A stretch of DNA of 64,000 nt, taken from positions 62,001-126,000 of IMG/VR virus record IMGVR_UViG_3300029983_000007, one strand, 5' to 3'. Both the position numbers and the translations under genes were made by a program. Within the stretch, counting starts at the first letter, position 1. Each line of letters starts with the position of its first letter. Under the pieces are notes generated by a model, which searched no databases, was not told the origin of the DNA, and saw only the letters and a list, made by a program, of their open reading frames with translations. Shown here in pieces: positions 47,651 to 59,246 of the stretch.

Positions 47651-47734
47651 TTTATTTAGTTTTTTATAATTATTGTACAAAGATAATAAAAAAATGAGCT
47701 ATAATAATCTATAGCTCATTTTATTTTTAATGAT

Positions 47735-48025
47735 TTAATGTTTTTTGTGTTTATAATATAATTTTTTACTATATTTTTCTTCTTGTTTTTTTCTTTCTTC
47801 TAATTTTTTATTAATTTCATTATAAGTGTTATTGGATAATTTTTCCAAGTATTTCAACTTTTTCTTTCTATCTTCTTTTTTCCTTACTTGTGATTCGTAT
47901 TTTTCTATTATTTTAGCAGTAATAGAATCAATAATTACATAATTACCAGATCCGTTCAAATTTTTCTGGTGAATAATATTCGCAGCATTTAGTATTTTTT
48001 GATATAGTTCACTGTTTTTTGACAT
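47735..48025 (-). CDS. Small protein: major-capsid-like segment fused to RxxKL tail
   Basis: LYQKILNAANIIHQKNLNGSGNYVIIDSITAKII then EDRKKKLKYLEKL. Confidence 0.6.
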   Translation of the reverse strand: MSKNSELYQKILNAANIIHQKNLNGSGNYVIIDSITAKIIEKYESQVRKKEDRKKKLKYLEKLSNNTYNEINKKLEERKKQEEKYSKKLYYKHKKH

Positions 48026-48068
48026 GTTACATTTTTAATAAAAAAAGTCTCATAAAGAGACTTTTTAT

Positions 48069-48140
48069 TTGAGCAAGAGGTCTGATTTGAACAGAATCTT
48101 TTTACTGGAAGTAAAAAGCATTAACATATGCTACCTCTGC
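48069..48140 (-). tRNA. Degenerate tRNA-Gly(TCC)-like gene
   Basis: GCAGAGG/CCTCTTGC bulged acceptor; GCAT/ATGC D-stem; TTTTA-CTTCCAG-TAAAA anticodon arm; TCTG-TTCAAAT-CAGA T-arm; ends TCAA; terminator follows. Confidence 0.6.
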
Positions 48141-48311
48141 ATTTTAATAATATAGTAATAAAAAAAATTATAGTTTATAAATTATATATAAATTTTAAAT
48201 TACCAGAATCAAAAATTCTATATATTTTTCTATCTAACATAATTTGTCAATTAATTGGTATCAAAAAATTAATAAATACCACCTTTTTATTTTTATATAT
48301 AAAAATAAAAA

Positions 48312-48464
48312 ATGAAAAACAAATCAAAAATTTCGATATCATTAAAAAATGAATTGATAGATTATTTAAATGACTTGAGTTTAAATAAATCTAAATTTAT
48401 AGAAAAATTAATAGAAGAGTATAAAATAATAAAAATAAATAATGATAATAACAAAAAAAGTTAA
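48312..48464 (+). CDS. Small ribbon-helix-helix protein upstream of endonuclease
   Basis: MKNKSKISISLKNELIDYLNDLSLNKSKFIEKLIEEY; below track cut-off. Confidence 0.7.
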   Translation: MKNKSKISISLKNELIDYLNDLSLNKSKFIEKLIEEYKIIKINNDNNKKS

Positions 48465-49431
48465 AATTCATATTAAAGGAATATCAATAAAAAGATATAA
48501 AAAATTAGGTTATAATGTTGATACTAAAGGATTAAATACTATTAATGTTGAAGATCTTCCTAAATGTAGTAATATTAAAGTCATGGTGAAATGTGATAAT
48601 TGTGATTATGAAAAAGAATTAAAGATTCAAGATTATTATTTATCTTTTAAAAATAATAAATATTGTTGTAATAAATGCTCATATGAAAATTATAAAAAAA
48701 CAATGTTAGAAAGATATGGAGTTGAAAATGGATTTCAATATAAAGACATAAAAGAAAAATCTAATAGCACTAAAATAAAATTATATGGAGATGAAAATTA
48801 CAATAATAGAGAAAAAGCGATAGAAACATGTTTAGATAAATATGGTGTTGAAAATCCTAATCAAAATTATAAAATAAAAAAAAAATCTAATAATACTTGC
48901 TTAGAAAAATATGGATTTGAAACAGCATCTAAAAATGAAAAAGTAAAGGAAAAAATAAAAAAAACAAATTTGAAAAGATGGAACAGTACATGTACATTAC
49001 ATTCAGAAAAACAAATTGATAAAATTAAACAAATATTTATTGATAAATATGGAGTTGATAATCCTATGAAGAATTTAGAAATATTTTTAAAAGCCCAAAA
49101 AACAGCTCTAAATCGTAAAAAATTTAAAGAAACTGAATTATTATATCAAGGTACATATGAATTAGATTTTTTAAATAATTATTATGAAAAAATTAATATT
49201 GAAAATGGTAAATCAATAAAAATAATTTATAATAATAATAAAACTGTGTATCATTCTGATTTTTTTTTATCTGAAAAAAATTTAATTATAGAAATAAAAT
49301 CATCATATTGGTATAATAGATATTATGATAAAAATATAATTAAACAAAAAGAATGTGAAAAATTAGGATATAATTATATCATAATAATAGATAAAAATTA
49401 TAATGATTTTAATAAATTAATAATGATTTAA
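48442..49431 (+). CDS. Putative homing endonuclease: Zn-finger, KYGVEN repeats, PD-(D/E)XK nuclease
   Basis: CDNC/CNKC; several (K/R)YGV(E/D)N repeats; YHSDFFL...IIEIKS. Confidence 0.75.
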   Translation: MIITKKVKIHIKGISIKRYKKLGYNVDTKGLNTINVEDLPKCSNIKVMVKCDNCDYEKELKIQDYYLSFKNNKYCCNKCSYENYKKTMLERYGVENGFQYKDIKEKSNSTKIKLYGDENYNNREKAIETCLDKYGVENPNQNYKIKKKSNNTCLEKYGFETASKNEKVKEKIKKTNLKRWNSTCTLHSEKQIDKIKQIFIDKYGVDNPMKNLEIFLKAQKTALNRKKFKETELLYQGTYELDFLNNYYEKINIENGKSIKIIYNNNKTVYHSDFFLSEKNLIIEIKSSYWYNRYYDKNIIKQKECEKLGYNYIIIIDKNYNDFNKLIMI

Positions 49432-49432
49432 A

Positions 49433-49470
49433 ATAAAACAACTTAGATTTTAATCTAAGTTGTTTTATTT
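49433..49470. terminator. Bidirectional terminator
   Basis: AATAAAACAACTTAGATT-TT-AATCTAAGTTGTTTTATT. Confidence 0.8.
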
Positions 49471-50952
49471 TTATATATTTGTTTCTTCTAATTTTTTTAA
49501 TTCATCTTTTAACTTTTCAAGTTCTTCGTGTTTTTGATTCATTACTTTCTTCCATTTTTTTCTATCAGAATAAACTTCTCCCATTACTTGAGTAACAACA
49601 CCATCTTCATTCTTAAATACTGATCCATTGAGAGTTACAATATCATCAGGTTCAATTGTTAATTGATGTCCATTAAATAATGAGTAATCTTTACCTTTTA
49701 CTTTTTGTCCTTTATATGAGTCTGCTGATATGTTAAATTCTCTCATTGTGGTAGGATACAGGGATGCGAAGTCAAAACAACAAGTCCATGTTGCCATTCC
49801 TCTCACTGGATCTTTAACCCATCCACCTTTAATAGATTCAGATTCAGAATCACTATATTCACTATCTTCATTTCTTACAAGTACAATATTCTTTTGATCT
49901 CTTAATTTTTCTCTTAAAATTCCTTCTGTCAGTGCAAGTGTTGAAATTGCATCTTTAATTTTAATTTTACCTAATACAGCCATACCATAAAGAATATCTA
50001 CATATTTCATTTTAACGTGAATTCTTTGTACCAGACAACTATCTACAGCATTATAAAAAACGAATTTCTTAAAATCTTCTCTATGTAATCTTTTTAAATC
50101 TCCATCATAGTTAATTTTCTTGACTTCTTTACCAAGAATTTTTTCTGATGCAAAATCAAGAGATAAACTTTCTTTAACTTTAACAGATTGATCCCATTTC
50201 TTAAATAATTCCATATAATCCACTATAACTCTATGAGCTGGTAATTCAGCATAATCTAAATGTATTGCATTAGGAGGATTGAATGGTTTGTTAAGTTTCT
50301 TTGTGAAAGATGCTACTTCAGGTTCTAGTCCTAATTTTCTTGCCCTTGCAACTAAGAATGTCCAGTCATATGCAATAAAATTCCAGCCAGTCATTACTGG
50401 CATTTTTGGAACTAATTTATTGAAAAATGCATGAAGCATATCAAATTCAGTTTTATAATGAACATATTTAAATTTATAATCAGTATCAAATTTTTTGAAG
50501 TGAGTATTTAAATCTGATTCAATGTTTTCAATTTGTTTTGAATCCAGTGATTCTGTTCCAATTACTAACACTTTATTCTTATTTACAATTGATATTGTTT
50601 GAATCGCACTTTCTGCTAAATGAGGTTCAGGTTTTTTATCTAATATTTCATTTTCAATATCGACAAAGAATATATCTGGTTCATTATAACTATATATTTC
50701 ATTTTTTTCATCTTCATCAAAACTATCAATAAAATCATAAATAGAATATCTATTAGGATATTTTGTGAATATTTCTTTTACAGCACTACCATCCCATGTA
50801 ACATATCTACCAGATTTTTCTGAATCATCATCAGTAGTTTTTATGAATTTTGTACATCTTGCCCAAGGTTTATATTTTAATTTTATTTGACCTGATTTAT
50901 CTATGTAACTTATTATAAGGTTATTATTTCTGTATTCTGTGTCTATAAGCAT
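49471..50952 (-). CDS. Family B DNA polymerase, N-terminal subunit (exonuclease plus motif A) of a split gene
   Basis: FVDIE, TGWNFIAYD, YNAVDS, GGWV, FDFASLYP; ends in the fingers helix; no KxxxNSxYG or DTDS. Confidence 0.88.
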   Translation of the reverse strand: MLIDTEYRNNNLIISYIDKSGQIKLKYKPWARCTKFIKTTDDDSEKSGRYVTWDGSAVKEIFTKYPNRYSIYDFIDSFDEDEKNEIYSYNEPDIFFVDIENEILDKKPEPHLAESAIQTISIVNKNKVLVIGTESLDSKQIENIESDLNTHFKKFDTDYKFKYVHYKTEFDMLHAFFNKLVPKMPVMTGWNFIAYDWTFLVARARKLGLEPEVASFTKKLNKPFNPPNAIHLDYAELPAHRVIVDYMELFKKWDQSVKVKESLSLDFASEKILGKEVKKINYDGDLKRLHREDFKKFVFYNAVDSCLVQRIHVKMKYVDILYGMAVLGKIKIKDAISTLALTEGILREKLRDQKNIVLVRNEDSEYSDSESESIKGGWVKDPVRGMATWTCCFDFASLYPTTMREFNISADSYKGQKVKGKDYSLFNGHQLTIEPDDIVTLNGSVFKNEDGVVTQVMGEVYSDRKKWKKVMNQKHEELEKLKDELKKLEETNI

Positions 50953-51060
50953 ATATTATATATTTTTATTTTATTATCTAATAAAGTTTCAATGAACTTT
51001 TACTTATTTAGTCCAATTCATATTAAAGGTTTAATAAAAATATCATAAAAAATATCATAA

Positions 51061-51090
51061 AAAATGTGCATCGTTTAACGATGCACATTT
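51061..51090. terminator. Intrinsic terminator
   Basis: AAAATGTGCATCGTT-T-AACGATGCACATTTT. Confidence 0.8.
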
Positions 51091-51111
51091 ATATTTTAAT
51101 TGTCAATTTAT

Positions 51112-54687
<3,576 letters not shown>

Positions 54688-54849
54688 TGTTATTTAATTG
54701 TTTTTTTGATATTATATAGAATTATCATTTTTATTTATGATATATATTAAAATAAAAATGTATTTAAGACTAATCAGAAGCATTTTTTGATAAAATGTCA
54801 AGTTTTAACTTTTTTTAACTTCAAAATAAAAATAAATATATTTTAATCA

Positions 54850-54877
54850 AAAATGAACCATTTAATGTTAATATATA
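54850..54877 (+). promoter_or_regulatory. Putative late promoter
   Basis: AAAATGA-N11-TTAATATATA. Confidence 0.65.
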
Positions 54878-54901
54878 GATGTATAAAAATAAATATATTT
54901 A

Positions 54902-55306
54902 ATGATAAATAATCAAGAGAATGATAACGATAAAATTGTTCAATTTACTGGAAAAGTAGCTAAAATGCCAAGAAACACTAAAGCTAAAAGTGCATATACT
55001 TTTTTGGAAAATATAAAAGTGAGTAAAAGCAAGTTGTGGTATATTCTCATTGAAAAGGATGAGAATGAACTTCAGTGCATTAAATATAATAATAAGATGG
55101 GTGTAAATTTGAAAGTTTTTATTGAAGAATTGATGGAATATCATAAGAAAGACGATAAGCTATCTGAATATATGAAAAAACTCACGATTGAAGGTAATCA
55201 GATTTTTTCAATAATAAAGGGTATATCCGATGTAGAAGTTAAAGATGGTAAGAAAATGATTACATTTTTAACAGAAGAACTTATACAACTACTAAAAGAT
55301 AAATAA
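54902..55306 (+). CDS. Late protein, paralog of 40468..40953
   Basis: see paralog. Confidence 0.7.
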   Translation: MINNQENDNDKIVQFTGKVAKMPRNTKAKSAYTFLENIKVSKSKLWYILIEKDENELQCIKYNNKMGVNLKVFIEELMEYHKKDDKLSEYMKKLTIEGNQIFSIIKGISDVEVKDGKKMITFLTEELIQLLKDK

Positions 55307-55310
55307 TATT

Positions 55311-56009
55311 ATGAGAATAAATAAAGTAGATAATAACAAATATGCAAAAGAATATAGAAATAAAAATTCTGAAAAAATAAAAGAGTATAGAAATAAAAAT
55401 TCTGAAAAAAATAAAGAATATCAAAAAAAATATTTCAATGATAACAAAGAAATAATTAAAGAGAAACAAAATAAATATAATATTGAGAATAAAGAAAAAA
55501 TAAAAGATACCAAAAAATTATATTCAGAAAGCAACAGAGAAACAATATTAGAAAAAAAGAAAGAATATTATAATAACAATAAAGAAAAAATCAAAGAATA
55601 TAATAAAGAATATTTTAAAAATAATAAACCTGAACTAAATAAAAAAAGAAATATTTATTTGAAAAATAAAATATCAACTGATGATTTATTCAAATTGAAA
55701 ATAAAGATAAGAACAATAATTTATAAATCTTTAAAAAAAAAGAAATATATTAAAAAAGAAAGTACTGAAGAAATACTTGGTTGTTCGTTTGAAATTTTTA
55801 AAAATTATATTGAATATCAATTCGAATCTTGGATGAATTGGGCTAATTATGTGAAATATAATGGAAATTATAAATATGGTTGGGATATTGACCATATAAT
55901 AGAACTAAAAATAGCAGAAACAGATAGTGATATATTAAAATTAAATTATTATACAAATCTAAGAACATTAGATTCTAAAATAAATAGGGTGGATAGAAAT
56001 TTTCTGTAA
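55311..56009 (+). CDS. HNH/EndoVII-like homing endonuclease with KEY repeats
   Basis: EILGCS, MNWANY, WDIDHII, YTNLR. Confidence 0.75.
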   Translation: MRINKVDNNKYAKEYRNKNSEKIKEYRNKNSEKNKEYQKKYFNDNKEIIKEKQNKYNIENKEKIKDTKKLYSESNRETILEKKKEYYNNNKEKIKEYNKEYFKNNKPELNKKRNIYLKNKISTDDLFKLKIKIRTIIYKSLKKKKYIKKESTEEILGCSFEIFKNYIEYQFESWMNWANYVKYNGNYKYGWDIDHIIELKIAETDSDILKLNYYTNLRTLDSKINRVDRNFL

Positions 56010-56087
56010 TAAAAAATATACCTGATGTAGAAATAACTCCAGGTAAATCTAATTAAGTTCATATTTTTAAATATGAACATTTTTAAT

Positions 56088-56705
56088 TTATTTTAAAACC
56101 TCTATAATTTTATCTATCCATAAAAATTTAGTAACATCAGATGTGTAATCATTTTGAAAAAAATATGGACCATCCTTAGGAGTTAAAAAAATATTTTCGT
56201 TAGAAGATAATGCTAAATATATATCACTAAACTCAGATTTTTCTATTGATTTTTTCATTATAGTTATATATAATTTTGCATTTTTTAGATTAGTAATTAG
56301 AATTGAGTGAGATGATAGCATATTATAAACTCTATAATAATTTTCATTATAATTTTCAATATACATATCATATTTTATGCCTCCACAATTATATAAGCTA
56401 CCTCCTAAATATATAAGATCAGATTCATCTGGAATATCAAAAAATTCTGGAAAATCATTTATTAAAGTTGCATCATCTTCAAATATAATAAATGGAAAAT
56501 TATTATCACTTATAGCATTTTCAACCGCTGCTATGTGAGCATTGGCTATTGTTTCAGTTCTAATTGTAGATATATCATCAAATGTAATACGAGTAAATGA
56601 TGATAAATTAAGACTTTTTAATGTATTTGTGATATCATTTAACCTATGAGAAAATTTTTCAGGATTAATAAAATATCCATGAATGTCGGTATTTTTAAAT
56701 TTCAT
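56088..56705 (-). CDS. Glycosyltransferase, GT25-like
   Basis: FINP..R, AH, IIFEDDA, LIYLG. Confidence 0.7.
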   Translation of the reverse strand: MKFKNTDIHGYFINPEKFSHRLNDITNTLKSLNLSSFTRITFDDISTIRTETIANAHIAAVENAISDNNFPFIIFEDDATLINDFPEFFDIPDESDLIYLGGSLYNCGGIKYDMYIENYNENYYRVYNMLSSHSILITNLKNAKLYITIMKKSIEKSEFSDIYLALSSNENIFLTPKDGPYFFQNDYTSDVTKFLWIDKIIEVLK

Positions 56706-56719
56706 ATTTTTTTATTTTT

Positions 56720-57451
56720 TTAATAATATTTTAATCTAGATTTATTTAAACTTATATTTCTCACTAAAGTAGAATAAGTTAAATTTAAATCTTTTGAGGC
56801 TTGTCCTATGGTATCATAAATTTTAGAAGTTAATGTATCAATAACTTTTTTTAATTTTTTGTGATTTTTACCAGATCTTTTTTCAATTTGATCAAAAGAT
56901 TGAGTTATTCCAAAAAAATGAGAAGTTGTTCCTGTTTTTCCATACCAATAATTATTTTCTCCACTAGTTTTTAATTTCCTTTCTATGCTTTGTTTTTTTC
57001 CAAAATTAGGATTTTTTTCTCCTTTATTGCCAAAATTTGCATTGCCTTCACCTTTAATTTTTTCACAAAATTCTTTAGATCTTTTTTTACCATAAGAAGG
57101 ATGCAATGTTCCTTTTATTTTTCTTAATTTTTCTTTAGTTTCTTCACTATGTTTACCTTTACTACCACCTGATGCTAAATTCATCATTTCAAATCCATTT
57201 TTTTTATACTCATTTATATAAAAAATTTCTTTTTGATCTAATATATCTTGTGTAACATCATCACAATTAAATTCGCATATTATTTCTATTGTGTGATTGT
57301 CAAAACCATATTTTACTAAAGAATTAAATATTTTTGGTTGACGTTCACATTTTAAATTTTTATATTTTCTAAAACGTTTTTTTAAATCCCAACTTTGTCC
57401 TATATAAATTTTATCAGATGGACTTGTTATTTTATATATTCCAATATTCAT
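56720..57451 (-). CDS. GIY-YIG homing endonuclease with NUMOD3 repeats
   Basis: GIYKIT...IYIGQS...R; KHSEETKEKL. Confidence 0.88.
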   Translation of the reverse strand: MNIGIYKITSPSDKIYIGQSWDLKKRFRKYKNLKCERQPKIFNSLVKYGFDNHTIEIICEFNCDDVTQDILDQKEIFYINEYKKNGFEMMNLASGGSKGKHSEETKEKLRKIKGTLHPSYGKKRSKEFCEKIKGEGNANFGNKGEKNPNFGKKQSIERKLKTSGENNYWYGKTGTTSHFFGITQSFDQIEKRSGKNHKKLKKVIDTLTSKIYDTIGQASKDLNLTYSTLVRNISLNKSRLKYY

Positions 57452-58202
57452 AAGTTAATTTGTTGTTTTGTATATTTATTGAATTGTTTTTATGTATTAA
57501 CAATTCATTTTTTATATCATTAACATCTAAATCAGTGTATCTAGTTTCGCCTATACCACCTTTATCACTAATCGCAAATGCAAAATCTTTACATGAAACT
57601 ACTTTTGTAGGTGGATTGAAATGAAAATAACCATTAATATAACTTTCGTCATTTACGCCGGGCTCATATGGTATTTTTTTATCTTCAAGTTGATAAAATA
57701 ACATAATATTACAAAATTTTATCATGTTTTCAGAATTACCTCCAAAAAATGCACCGTAGTAATACATTTGAGGTAATTTAGTATCAAGTGGTACATATGC
57801 TTTTGATAATGGATTTCTATCGAATCCTTTTTCATTTTTCATCCAATCTTGATCTGCATAATGTTGTCCTCCAACCAAATCACCAACAAACCATTCTTCT
57901 GTAAAATCAGTATTTACATTAGTATCAGCATCAAAATAAAACAAGTAATCACTTTTTAATTTATTTTTTATTGATAATATTGATGTAAATTTCAAATTAG
58001 TACCATCAACCCAATTGCTATTAGATGCATAAAAATATTCTACATCTATATCATCAGGAATATAATCTTTTGGATTATTATCAGAGAAAAAATAAAATGT
58101 TATATTTTTATCTCCTTTATAAAAATTCATAAATCTTTTAATAAATCTCACACCCAATACAAAATATGCATTTGTTGCTAATACTACTATTCCTATATTC
58201 AT
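57432..58202 (-). CDS. GT6 (ABO-type) glycosyltransferase
   Basis: IGIVVLATNAY, FYFFSD, YFDAD, YYYGAFFGG, NDESYIN. Confidence 0.8.
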   Translation of the reverse strand: MNIGIVVLATNAYFVLGVRFIKRFMNFYKGDKNITFYFFSDNNPKDYIPDDIDVEYFYASNSNWVDGTNLKFTSILSIKNKLKSDYLFYFDADTNVNTDFTEEWFVGDLVGGQHYADQDWMKNEKGFDRNPLSKAYVPLDTKLPQMYYYGAFFGGNSENMIKFCNIMLFYQLEDKKIPYEPGVNDESYINGYFHFNPPTKVVSCKDFAFAISDKGGIGETRYTDLDVNDIKNELLIHKNNSINIQNNKLTYEYWNI

Positions 58203-58220
58203 TTAATTATATTTAATTTT

Positions 58221-59132
58221 TTACCAGATGATATCTTTGAAATTCTCTTCTGTTTCTTTTATTTCTTGTACATAATTATATGTACAATTATCAGTATCAA
58301 CTTTTATATCTTTATTAAATGGTGAAACTTGATATTCAATTTTACTAAAGTGAGTATCACTTTTACCTACTATTCCTGCATTATGAAAAATATAAGTTTC
58401 ATCCCATCTGTTTATATTATCAGTAGCCCAACTAAATTCTAACTCTTTGTTAATCTCAACTTCATGATTAAAATAAACTGCATTCCATAGAACTGCCCAC
58501 ATATCAGACGTCCATGATTGAATAGGATGCTCAGGATTATATATACTTTCTGTGCTTTTCATATGAGAATATAATTTTTCACAATCATTATACACTTTTT
58601 TCCAATATTCAGAATTTATTCCTTTCATTAGATATTGTGCTCCTCCTGCATTTTCATCAATTGCTACTATATCTTCTGGTTTTACTTTAGATATTTCACA
58701 CATCTCATTAAATAATTTTTCACTTTTACTTTTTATATACACTGTATCAATATAAGATCTAGTGTCACTCAAATGCCATTTATTGTCGTTTTCCATTTCA
58801 GTGAAATCTATTTTTTTAGTAAAAATCATATCTGGATCACAATAAAAAAATGTTTCATTATTATACTCAGGATGTTCTAAAAACATTTTTTCTAATATGT
58901 GAGGTCTTAATGAAGATGGATATTTTGGATTTATTCTTTCATCTTTATAGATGAAAAATTTAGATTTAATTTTATCATTATTCATTATTGATTTTAGAAC
59001 TGGACTAGGACTTGAAGTTGATATTACATATATTGTATCATCGTCATATCCGTATTTCATAAAATTGTTAATTTGTACAAGAACTTGCCACAAATAATAA
59101 TTATGATCAAAAGTTGCTACTAATATTTTCAT
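58221..59132 (-). CDS. GT-A glycosyltransferase resembling peptidyl-Ser/Hyp O-glycosyltransferases (GT96/GT95-like)
   Basis: YYLWQ, YP...RP, YCDPDMIF, GGAQY, WTSDMWA. Confidence 0.55.
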   Translation of the reverse strand: MKILVATFDHNYYLWQVLVQINNFMKYGYDDDTIYVISTSSPSPVLKSIMNNDKIKSKFFIYKDERINPKYPSSLRPHILEKMFLEHPEYNNETFFYCDPDMIFTKKIDFTEMENDNKWHLSDTRSYIDTVYIKSKSEKLFNEMCEISKVKPEDIVAIDENAGGAQYLMKGINSEYWKKVYNDCEKLYSHMKSTESIYNPEHPIQSWTSDMWAVLWNAVYFNHEVEINKELEFSWATDNINRWDETYIFHNAGIVGKSDTHFSKIEYQVSPFNKDIKVDTDNCTYNYVQEIKETEENFKDIIW

Positions 59133-59191
59133 TTTTATATTTTTTATTTGATTATTGTATATAAAAAATATCTAAATGTTTATAATTTATA

Positions 59192-59228
59192 AAAAAATAA
59201 CTGATTACATTGATAATCAGTTATTTTT
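59192..59228. terminator. Intrinsic terminator
   Basis: AAAAATAACTGATTA...TAATCAGTTATTTTT. Confidence 0.75.
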
Positions 59229-59246
59229 AATCATATACTTAATGAA

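Noticed and set aside
48128-48352. 74-aa plus-strand ORF
   Set aside because: Spans promoter and intergenic DNA and the tRNA-like 5' end; the RHH ORF at 48312 is the better call.
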